This document shows positions 19,922 through 28,334 of a stretch of 50,018 bases of DNA, in pieces. The notes under the pieces were generated by a model that was not told where the DNA came from, did no database searches, and saw only the letters and a program-made list of their open reading frames with translations. Made by a program: the position numbers and the translations under genes. Each line of letters begins with the position of its first letter. Within the stretch, counting starts at the first letter, position 1. This DNA comes from Fibrobacter sp. (lineage in GTDB: Bacteria; Fibrobacterota; Chitinivibrionia; Chitinivibrionales; Chitinispirillaceae). The DNA is taken from assembly GCA_012728995.1 (NCBI GenBank), contig JAAYEB010000355.1, positions 1 to 50,018 of the forward strand. The letters run 5' to 3'.

Positions 19922-20651
19922 CAAATTAATATTATCGATCATGCTGACAGTCATTTGCGGATACGCAATAACAGTTGATGAGATACTCGACAAGGTGGAG
20001 GAAAATCAGGAACCTCAAACCTCCCGCAGCGAAATTACTCAAAGGGTATTTCAACCAAACGGGCATGAAAATGTTTCAAAGCTGACAAGTTACTCTATTG
20101 ATAAAGGTGACAAAAGCATGTTGGAATATGTTGAACCTGCGCGCATACGCGGAATGAAAATTCTTATGCTCAATGATGGTGATGATATCTGGTTTTATTC
20201 TCCCCGTACAGCAAGGGTGCGAAAAATCGCAAGTCATCAAAAAAATCAGTCCGTAAACAATTCCGATTTCTCTTATGAAGATATGTCATCGAAAGATATG
20301 CGTGAGGATTATGATATAGAGCTTGCCGGTGAAGAACAGATTGATAATACTGCATGCTATAAACTTGTAGCAATACCAAAAAAAGATGATATATCCTACT
20401 CAAAAACGGTATCCTGGATTGATAAGGAAAAATTCATTCCGGTTGAGATGCACTTTTTTGATGAAGGTGGAACACTGTGGAAAAAACTCATAGTTGAAGG
20501 AGCCCAAAAGGTCGGTAAATACTGGAGTTACAAACAGATTACCATGCATAATGTGCTTAAGGGCAGCAAAACGATCATGGAAATGAACAAGACTGAAAAT
20601 GATATTGACATAGACAAGAACATGTTTTCCGAAAGGTATCTCAGCAGGTAA
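19914..20651 (+). CDS. LolA-like periplasmic lipoprotein-carrier-fold protein (putative MMPL partner)
   Basis: Signal peptide, ~245 aa. AGGAGG RBS with a GTG start overlapping the MMPL stop by 8 nt. Sequence resembles LolA_like outer-membrane lipoprotein-sorting proteins. Confidence 0.45.
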   Translation: MLNKLILSIMLTVICGYAITVDEILDKVEENQEPQTSRSEITQRVFQPNGHENVSKLTSYSIDKGDKSMLEYVEPARIRGMKILMLNDGDDIWFYSPRTARVRKIASHQKNQSVNNSDFSYEDMSSKDMREDYDIELAGEEQIDNTACYKLVAIPKKDDISYSKTVSWIDKEKFIPVEMHFFDEGGTLWKKLIVEGAQKVGKYWSYKQITMHNVLKGSKTIMEMNKTENDIDIDKNMFSERYLSR

Positions 20652-20663
20652 GGAAGGAACAAA

Positions 20664-21947
20664 ATGAAACCTTTTATAATACTTATATTCACTGCCCTGT
20701 TTTCAGTTAACGTGTTGTATGCATCAAATATCTCCAGCAATCTTCGTTTCGGAGGATACATTGAGAACAAAACTGTTTTAACTGTCTCTTCGGATGAACT
20801 GATAAGCGATAATGCACTTGCACGTCTTGAGGGTACATGGGATATTGGCAAGTGGGGCGGCATAGAAACCCATGTAATTTTATCTGCTCCACTTCAGCCT
20901 CTCGACCCGTTTGAAACTATCCGAAATGGTTCGGTCATGGACAGGAGTTTACAGCAGGCATTGTACCCTTTTTTGGAAAAACTTGATGATTTCATTCCAT
21001 CAGGCGACAGCACCGAACCATTGCTGTCAGAAAAAGATGCACAGCGTATTATCTGGCATCTGCCGTATTCAACCTTTTACCCAACCGACAAGGTGGTTCT
21101 GGACAGGGCTCTTATCAAGACATATTTCAAGCATTTTGATCTGTTTGTCGGGCGTCAAATGATTGCATGGGGGACCGGGTATGCTTTTAATCCTACTGAT
21201 ATATGGAACAGCAAAAACCCTCTTGATCCTGATGCGCCAAAGGTTGGTGTAAATGCGATACGCCTTGAGATACCGCTTGGAATACTCTCCGGTATTTCTC
21301 TGATAGCATCACCGGGACACGATTTCAAACACTCCAGTGCCGGCTTGAGAATTAAAAGTAATCTGGGGCATTTCGATTTTTCGCTAAGTGGAATGCGAAT
21401 AATGAATTCGGACCGTGCACTCCTTGGTTTACCGCCAAAAATTGTTGCAGGAGCTGATTTTACAGGAGAAATTGGTGATATTGGAGTATGGGCTGAAGCG
21501 GCATTTAACAACCCGGTTTACAGTGGAATGGAATACACTGATTTTGATTCAAGTTTTGTTCAGGCAGTCGCAGGGCTTGACTATACTTTTGATAATGGGT
21601 TATACGCAATTGCTGAATATTATTTCAATGAGTCCGGATGTAAAGACAGTGAAGATTACGGTGCAAAAGAATTGATTAAGCTTCTGACAGGTGAAATGTC
21701 TGGTTTGGGCAGGCATTATCTTTTCGGAGGTGTTCAATACAGCATAGCCAATCAGTATGATTTTTCACTATTTGCTCTTGGTAATCTAACAGACCGCTCT
21801 GTCATGTTGATGCCTTCTGTTACTTTTATTCCAAATGATATTATCAGTATTGAAATAGGAGCACAGGCAGGGATCGGAGATCACAAGAAGAGTGAATACG
21901 GAGGAGCATTTCCCAATCTGTTTCTTACAGTAAAGGGATATTTTTAA
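20664..21947 (+). CDS. Putative outer-membrane beta-barrel protein (DUF1302-like partner of MMPL exporter)
   Basis: Signal peptide, alternating amphipathic strands, C-terminal '...KGYF' aromatic terminus typical of OM barrels. Third gene of the MMPL operon. Confidence 0.4.
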   Translation: MKPFIILIFTALFSVNVLYASNISSNLRFGGYIENKTVLTVSSDELISDNALARLEGTWDIGKWGGIETHVILSAPLQPLDPFETIRNGSVMDRSLQQALYPFLEKLDDFIPSGDSTEPLLSEKDAQRIIWHLPYSTFYPTDKVVLDRALIKTYFKHFDLFVGRQMIAWGTGYAFNPTDIWNSKNPLDPDAPKVGVNAIRLEIPLGILSGISLIASPGHDFKHSSAGLRIKSNLGHFDFSLSGMRIMNSDRALLGLPPKIVAGADFTGEIGDIGVWAEAAFNNPVYSGMEYTDFDSSFVQAVAGLDYTFDNGLYAIAEYYFNESGCKDSEDYGAKELIKLLTGEMSGLGRHYLFGGVQYSIANQYDFSLFALGNLTDRSVMLMPSVTFIPNDIISIEIGAQAGIGDHKKSEYGGAFPNLFLTVKGYF

Positions 21948-22399
21948 TGAACATAAAATACGAACAATCTATTAATCTTTTTTGAAATAGTAAAGATTAT
22001 TTGGGGCTAAAGGCTTCTGTTTTCCCGCTAACGGGACCACCTGGCACTTTTAGTGCAGCTTAAGACTTGGTTTTGGGGGCACGCACGAAGTCTGGTTGCA
22101 GTATAAGATTACCTTATAACTGACTTCCATAGCATTTATTTTTATTCTTTCTTCAACTTCTACCCCCAGTCCCTCTTCTCTCACAGGAGATGGGGGTCCG
22201 AAAAACATTAATGAATACCAGGAATAAACTGTAATAGCTTATACATAAACCTATACTTTATCCACTTCAGTGGATTAAGAAACACAAGCTCTCCGCGGCC
22301 GTTATGTTGAGCTTCACCTGCACCAAAGAAAAGCAGCTTTTATTGTTCGAGTTCCGCTAACCTCATTTACTTTGTAAAATTCAAATAAGATTTTCATGT

Positions 22400-22468
22400 C
22401 CGCCGAGCGCACACGACCCCCGCGGTAGTTCATTGCAGCTCTGAAACTCCTGTTTGGGGGCGTGTGGT
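22400..22468 (+). repeat. Module C copy 1: long hairpin cgcacacgacccccg...[~35 nt loop]...gggggcgtgtg
   Basis: An 11 bp GC-rich stem with a single-nt bulge. Further copies at 23159-23228 and 23799-23868. Loop substitutions differ between copies while the stem is preserved. Confidence 0.7.
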
Positions 22469-22837
22469 AACATTTGAATAGTTCCAAATTAAAGAGAATT
22501 TAGAAACCAATCAGAAATAATCGCAATAAAATTACAAACAATCGGATAAAATCGGAAACAATAAAATAGAAATTACAAACTTTCCAGTATTAATGAATTG
22601 AACAATTAAGAATATAATCAAATTTTCTTGCTTGTTTCCACTTCAGTGAATTAAGAAACACAAGCTCTCCGCGGCCATTATGTTGAGTTTCACCTGCACT
22701 TAAGAAAAGCAGCTTTTACTGTTCGAGTCCCGCTGTACTCATTTACTTATTAAGCGAGGATAAAAAATGTTTTCGAGCGGGCGAGTTTAAAAGCTGCGTA
22801 CTTTTTTAGACCCTAAAAATTTTACTTCTTTTTTTAT

Positions 22838-23015
22838 GTGCAGGTGATTAGCGAAACATGGCCGCCAAGGGCATTTTGTCATTACCATTCTTTAACCGTA
22901 AGGTGTTTAGCCTTCGGCTTTGCTATATTATATAATTTTGCGGTTTGGGTACTTTTTTGCCCTGGAAAAAGTACCTCGTCGTTCGGGCGCGAAAGCCCGT
23001 ATAATTTATTTTTAC
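22838..23015 (+). repeat. Module B copy 1 (the second copy is at 23567-23745). Contains a UUCG-loop hairpin (agccTTCGgct), a GNRA-like hairpin (gggcGCGAAAgccc), and a segment that is the inverted complement of part of module A.
   Basis: The two B copies are ~95% identical. 'gtgcaggtgattagcgaaacatggccgcc' is the approximate reverse complement of the module A segment 'ccgcggccgttatgttgagcttcacctgcac'. Confidence 0.65.
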
Positions 23016-23158
23016 TACCATTCTTTATATAATGTAAAATTCAAATAAGATTTTCATGTTCGCCGGGCGCACACGACCCAGCTTTAATAATGACAATTTT
23101 TCAAATGATAAGTTTTATGTTCGCCGAACGCACTTTTTGATTTTAAAAGATTATCTGG

Positions 23159-23228
23159 GTCGCCGAGCGCACACGTCCCCCGCGGTAGTTCATTGCAGCT
23201 CTGATAATCCTTTTTGGGGGCGTGTGGA
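23159..23228 (+). repeat. Module C copy 2
   Basis: Same hairpin as 22400-22468, with a single A to T change in the stem (cacacgTccccc). Confidence 0.7.
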
Positions 23229-23798
23229 AACCTGTGTATAGTTACGGTTTACAGGAAAATCGGAAACCAATCAGAAATAATAGGATTAAAATTACAAACA
23301 ATCGGATAAATCGAAACCAATAAGATAGAAATTACAAACTTTCCAGTATTAATGAATTGAACAATTAAGAATATAATCAAATTTTCTTGCTTGTTTCCAC
23401 TTCAGTGAATTAAGAAACACAAGCTCTCCGCGGTCGTTATGTTGAGCAGCACCTGCACCAATGAAAAGCAGCTTTTTTGTTGGAGTCCCGCTGTACTCAG
23501 CGGCGATTTTAAAAGCTGCGTAATGACTAAAGTCATAAAATTCTTTTTTACATTCCATTCTTTTTCTGTGCAGGTGGTAAGCGAGACATGGCCGCAAGGG
23601 CACTTTTGTCATTACCATTCTTTAACCGTAAGGTGTTTAGCCTTCGGCTTTGCTATATTATATAACCTTGCGGTTTGGGTACTTTTTTGCCCTGGAAAAA
23701 GTACCTCGTCGTCCGGGCGCGAAAGCCCGTATAATTAATTTTTTACTACCACTCTTAAAAAATAATATTATTTGAAATTAAGAATTAAGATCATCTGG

Positions 23799-23868
23799 GT
23801 CGCCGAGCGCACACGACCCCCGCGGTAGTTCATTACAGCTCTGTAACTCCTGTTTGGGGGCGTGTGGA
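23799..23868 (+). repeat. Module C copy 3
   Basis: Same hairpin as the other C copies. The loop reads 'cattacagctctgtaact'. Confidence 0.7.
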
Positions 23869-23996
23869 ATCCTGTGAATAATTCCTGTTTACCAGAAAAT
23901 CAATAAAACAACTCCCTAATATCCACTATACTAACTCACCAAGAACCCAGATTGCCGGTTCACCCGGAGTTATGTGCTCGGCTGCGCCTACGCGAA

Positions 23997-24120
23997 CCGG
24001 CTTATGCGCTCGGCGTATAAAGTTAATATCTTTATCTGGTAATAGGCTTATGCGCTCGTCGTATAATGTAAATATCTTTATCTGGTAATAGGCTTATGTG
24101 CTCGGCATAACAAATTATCC
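23997..24120 (+). repeat. Iteron-like tandem ~46 bp repeats (ggcttatgcgctcggcgtataaagttaatatctttatctggtaatag, about 2.5 copies)
   Basis: Direct tandem repetition read from the sequence. Each unit carries the near-palindrome ttatgcgctcggcgtataa. Confidence 0.7.
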
Positions 24121-24261
24121 TCACTGTAATTTAATAGTCGGGACTTGTGCAGTCGGCGTAACATAAATATCCTTATTCTTATTCTATTCTATAAACAGGA
24201 TAATAATAGTAAAGATTATTATCAGCTAAAGACTTCCTATACAAAAAATAAATTTGGACAT

Positions 24262-25179
24262 TTACTTCTTATTAAAATTAAATTTCTGATAAAAACCAGC
24301 TACCCACTCATCCGATTCTCTTGTAAGTCCTTTTTCAAGGTTCAAAGTAAATGTGCTGCGGTTAAAAAGACGTTTTATCTGTAACCTCAAAACTGAGTAG
24401 TGTGCCAGTTGTGTTGCACGAAGTCCGTTATACATTCCACTGAGCTGCATAACACCTTCCCATTTATTCCACAGTTTTCTGTAAGAAACTCCATAAGGAA
24501 TTTGATCAGCCTGAGCAGACCCCCTGACATACTCTACCGGACTCCCAAGAGGAGCCAGACCGATTCTTGCACTCAAATAATCCGATTCCGTAATTTTCTT
24601 TGACAAGGAAAAAATAAGGAAATAATCTGCAACCCCGGTACCTGCACCAGCCAGACCATTACTTTCATAATAATTGTGATCATTTTTCCAGATAGTGTAT
24701 GGCTTGGCACTTGAAAATTTTACTCCGATGGTAAATGCCACTGAAGGGATAAACTTTTTCTCTTTAACTAACCTGACCTTTGTTTCGAAACGCGGAGATT
24801 TACCTCCGGTGTTTTTGATACTTTTATAAGGGAATTCAATAAACAGATCTGTCAATTCCAGTTTTAACATGACAAAATCAGCAGGGTAATATTCAAAATA
24901 AAGCGGAATGATAAACATAAGGCGCTCTTTCCACTCATCATTTTTTACCATTGGCATTTTTGATGTGTAAAAAGCCACAAAACCGGTTTCGAAACTCCAG
25001 GTACCGGATTTCTCAAAATACGCATCATCCATCCGTGAATAGATGTACCCCATCTGATGTCCGAAATTGAAAATATTCCTGTGAATAGTATTACCTGTAT
25101 CTGCTGCTAAGCACCCAATTGATTGTATTATAATCAGTATTAAAACTGTAACTCCAACAAGATTTTTATTAGAATACAT
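24262..25179 (-). CDS. Hypothetical secreted / outer-membrane protein
   Basis: Signal peptide (MYSNKNLVGVTVLILIIIQSIGCLAA), aromatic-rich beta-strand-like composition, no recognisable catalytic motif. Confidence 0.4.
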   Translation of the reverse strand: MYSNKNLVGVTVLILIIIQSIGCLAADTGNTIHRNIFNFGHQMGYIYSRMDDAYFEKSGTWSFETGFVAFYTSKMPMVKNDEWKERLMFIIPLYFEYYPADFVMLKLELTDLFIEFPYKSIKNTGGKSPRFETKVRLVKEKKFIPSVAFTIGVKFSSAKPYTIWKNDHNYYESNGLAGAGTGVADYFLIFSLSKKITESDYLSARIGLAPLGSPVEYVRGSAQADQIPYGVSYRKLWNKWEGVMQLSGMYNGLRATQLAHYSVLRLQIKRLFNRSTFTLNLEKGLTRESDEWVAGFYQKFNFNKK

Positions 25180-25466
25180 ATATTCTGTGCCCCAAAAATT
25201 TTTAAAAAAAATAATCTGTTTTTATTCTGATCCAAAAATAGCTGTTTTCCTGTAACAATCAATATCATTTTCGACATACGTGGTAACAACCCATAAACCC
25301 CGTTCTTCACCAGGTATCTTTTTGCGCAGGCACAAACGTTAATCATCATCTGCGTTCAGCTTTTTAAACAGGCATACTGTTTTATGGCGTAATGATTGCA
25401 TTACTGACCATTTATCTGACTATGTTTTGAGATATTTCCCGACTGATTAATCAAACTGGAGTCTGC

Positions 25467-26594
25467 ATGTTCGGTAAATCTATTCGTCTTTTCAAATTAG
25501 CAGGTTTTCAAATCAGTATTGATTTAAGCTGGTTTATTCTTTTTTTTCTTATCTCCTGGTCGCTTGCATCCGCTGTATTCCCCTATTTTATTTCTGGCCT
25601 TGAAAGTACAACCTACTGGATAATGGGAATCACAGGTGCGCTCGGACTTTTTGCGTCTATAGTGTTTCATGAATTATCCCATTCACTGGTAGCAAGGCGT
25701 TTTGGTCTTCCGATGAAAGGGATTACCCTTTTTGTATTCGGAGGAGTTGCAGAGATGACCGAAGAGCCTCCAAGCGCAAAAGCTGAATTTTTCATGGCGA
25801 TTGCCGGTCCGCTTGCAAGCATATTTTTGGGATTAATTTTACTTGGACTAACCTCATTAGGACGATCCCAGGCCTGGAACAGGCCATTTGTAATGGTGAT
25901 AAACTATCTGGGTTCACTAAACATAATTCTCGCCATATTCAATCTTATACCTGCATTTCCTCTTGATGGCGGCCGTGTGTTAAGATCTATACTCTGGCAT
26001 TTTAAAAAAGATTTAAACAGGGCTACACGTATTTCGGCAAACATTGGCTCTTTTTTTGGCATTGTTTTAATTGTTGTCGGGATTATCTCTTTTGTAACCG
26101 GAGCCTTTATCAGCGGAATCTGGTGGATTCTTATCGGTTTTTTCATAAGAAATGCAGCGCAGATGTCTTACCAGTCGGTACTTGTGAAAAATTATCTTGA
26201 AGGAGAAAAAATTCAAAAATTCATGAATACCAATATGATTACCGTACCATCAGAAACACCTGTTGACAAGTTTGTTGAAAATTATCTTTACCATTACCAC
26301 TATGCCATGTTCCCGGTTGCACAGGACCATAAGATTTCGTGTATAACCACTCAGGAAATAAAAACAGTTCCCCGTGAAGAGTGGAGCACTCACTCTGTTG
26401 GCGAACTGGCACAAAGCTGCTCCACAGACAATGCGGTGAGTATAGATGACGATGCGATGAAAGTGCTTACAACAATGAACAGAACCGGAAAAAGCCGTTT
26501 TATGGTTATAGATCACGAAAGTAATCTTGTTGGAATAGTTACTTTGAAAGATATGATGAAATATTTGTCTGTGAAAATGGAGTTAAACAAGTAA
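25467..26594 (+). CDS. M50-family (site-2 protease-like) zinc metalloprotease with C-terminal CBS domain pair
   Basis: 'FHELSHSLVARRFG' HExxH in a TM helix, 'FNLIPAFPLDGGRVL' LDG motif, and a C-terminal CBS pair ('LVGIVTLKDMMKYL'). Confidence 0.8.
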   Translation: MFGKSIRLFKLAGFQISIDLSWFILFFLISWSLASAVFPYFISGLESTTYWIMGITGALGLFASIVFHELSHSLVARRFGLPMKGITLFVFGGVAEMTEEPPSAKAEFFMAIAGPLASIFLGLILLGLTSLGRSQAWNRPFVMVINYLGSLNIILAIFNLIPAFPLDGGRVLRSILWHFKKDLNRATRISANIGSFFGIVLIVVGIISFVTGAFISGIWWILIGFFIRNAAQMSYQSVLVKNYLEGEKIQKFMNTNMITVPSETPVDKFVENYLYHYHYAMFPVAQDHKISCITTQEIKTVPREEWSTHSVGELAQSCSTDNAVSIDDDAMKVLTTMNRTGKSRFMVIDHESNLVGIVTLKDMMKYLSVKMELNK

Positions 26595-27047
26595 GCTGGA
26601 TCTTTGCATGCATCTTAATCACCTCTCCCCATTTCATCCTTTATATAGATTACCCGGCGTTCATAAAAGAATTAATCTGTTACAGTTGGATTAAGATCTG
26701 GAATTGGGAGTACAAAAAAGAATCGCCGGGTACTTAAACCCGGCGCTTCCGCTTCACCCAAATTGTTGCAAGAGGGCCTTGCAATCGGTAGGACTTTTAA
26801 TATATAAAACGTTTTTTGTAAGCGCAAGAGTTTTTTTAAATTTTTTTAATTTTTTTTATCGGATACTTATTTTCAGTAGTACATACCAGCTCATCATATT
26901 TTTTGGAGAGAATTGGCCAGGTTTTTACTACGATGAGAACTTTTTCCGTAGCCACATTCTCAGAGATGGGTTAAATTTAATTCCCTGCCACTTAAATTTA
27001 TTATCGCTTCTGCCAAATGTGACCGGTGACACATCCAGGGTTCCTTT

Positions 27048-28103
27048 TCAAAGCAAATTCCCGGCTAACTCATATTTCACCTTGGTCTCATACTCACCGC
27101 CAGCAATTATTTCTGCAATCCGGTACAACCGTATTTGGGTTTCCTGTCTGGTCATTACAGCGAAACCGTGCGGTTCGTTTAAATATTTCAGAGGACCTTT
27201 TGCCAGGCTTCGTGAAGCAACAAAATCATTATGTGAAGAAATTCGTGAGTGTAAAAGATCATTCGCCTGGTCCAGAAATTTTTTCTGCTGCCCAAGTATC
27301 ACGGGTGCAAATCCCTTATCGATTTCAACACCGATACTGCTTCGCCCAGATGCAATTGCAGCAAGAGATGTTGTTCCGGTACCTGCAAAAGGATCCAGAA
27401 TAGTATCTGAATAAAGCGAATACATATTAATTAACCTGTATGCCATCTCTAACGGAAAAGCTGCGCTCCGGTTACGCAGTTCCCTGTTATTCAAATTCTG
27501 AATCACTCCTTTAAAATCCCAGATATCAGAAAACCATTTATTACGTTCTTCCCAAAAAAACGAACTTTCCATTCTCTTATTTTTATGTAACGGATCTGAA
27601 AAATCTCTTTTTGGTCCTTTCCTGAAAATAAGGATATACTCATGCTCCAGTGTTACATAAGCCCCTGATGGCAGCATGCCGGATCCCATAAACTTGTTTG
27701 GTGCATTTGTAGTTTTACGCCAAAGTATAACCGGAAGAGCATCAAAACCAATATCAAGAAATGCAGAAATAATTCTTGCATGATTGGGATATAACCGGAA
27801 TCTGCCATTAATTGTCCGGGTTGCATCACCGATATTGATACAGGCAAATGATCCGGTTTTCAAAACCCGATAAAGCTCATTCCAGGTTTTATCAAGTTCA
27901 TGATGCATTGCTTCAAAAGCACTCTGCCCATCTTTGCGAACCAGGGCATCATTTACTTTAGAAGAGATTGAAGAAAATGATTTATCCCACATCTGAATCA
28001 TTGGATAAGGTGGTGACGTTACAACAAGATCTATGGATTCATCATTAATTTCACATAAATTCCTTGAATCACCAATTATGGTTTTGTGTGTTGTATTAAT
28101 CAA
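27048..28103 (-). CDS. Beta-class N4-cytosine/N6-adenine DNA methyltransferase (SPPY motif suggests m4C), apparently an orphan
   Basis: Motif IV 'DLVVTSPPYP' precedes motif I 'LDPFAGTGTTSLAA', which is the beta-class order (PF01555-like). No restriction-endonuclease-like ORF on either side. Confidence 0.75.
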   Translation of the reverse strand: MINTTHKTIIGDSRNLCEINDESIDLVVTSPPYPMIQMWDKSFSSISSKVNDALVRKDGQSAFEAMHHELDKTWNELYRVLKTGSFACINIGDATRTINGRFRLYPNHARIISAFLDIGFDALPVILWRKTTNAPNKFMGSGMLPSGAYVTLEHEYILIFRKGPKRDFSDPLHKNKRMESSFFWEERNKWFSDIWDFKGVIQNLNNRELRNRSAAFPLEMAYRLINMYSLYSDTILDPFAGTGTTSLAAIASGRSSIGVEIDKGFAPVILGQQKKFLDQANDLLHSRISSHNDFVASRSLAKGPLKYLNEPHGFAVMTRQETQIRLYRIAEIIAGGEYETKVKYELAGNLL

Positions 28104-28334
28104 AAAGCACTACCTCGTTTTTACACCAGGGCCAGATCCTGCAGGCGAATAAATTTACAACCGTCAAAGAGTTAAGCTCAAGTACTGCAAAACACGGAAA
28201 ATGCTTACAAAAACTTTCTTATCTTGACCCCAAAACACTAAATTGCATCCCGGCATATTACCATTAACTTAACTTAAACAAATTACTCATCCTGCTGGCC
28301 TTTATATTGCTCTATATGCAATTACTCCAGGAAG

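Larger units (their letters stand above)
21985..24242. repeat. Region with no convincing protein-coding gene (only short, weak ORFs), built from nested direct and inverted repeats, between convergent genes. Includes a ~760 bp tandem duplication of a four-module unit (C-D-A-B).
   Basis: The modules A to D and their copy coordinates are listed as separate features below. The region is bounded by imperfect direct repeats at 21985-22022 and 24205-24242 that share the exact 16-mer aatagtaaagattatt. Confidence 0.8.

Noticed and set aside
21985-24242. CRISPR array, integron attC cassette array, or group II intron as explanations for the repeat region
   Set aside because: The repeats are long (70-180 bp) and heterogeneous with no regular short repeat-spacer periodicity. 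There is no cas, intI or reverse-transcriptase/maturase ORF nearby, no GTTRRRY attC cores, and no group II domain V consensus.
26704-27414. 236-aa (+) and 125-aa (+) ORFs
   Set aside because: Both are antisense to the well-supported methyltransferase CDS, low-complexity and Phe/Leu-rich, with no RBS. They are shadow ORFs.
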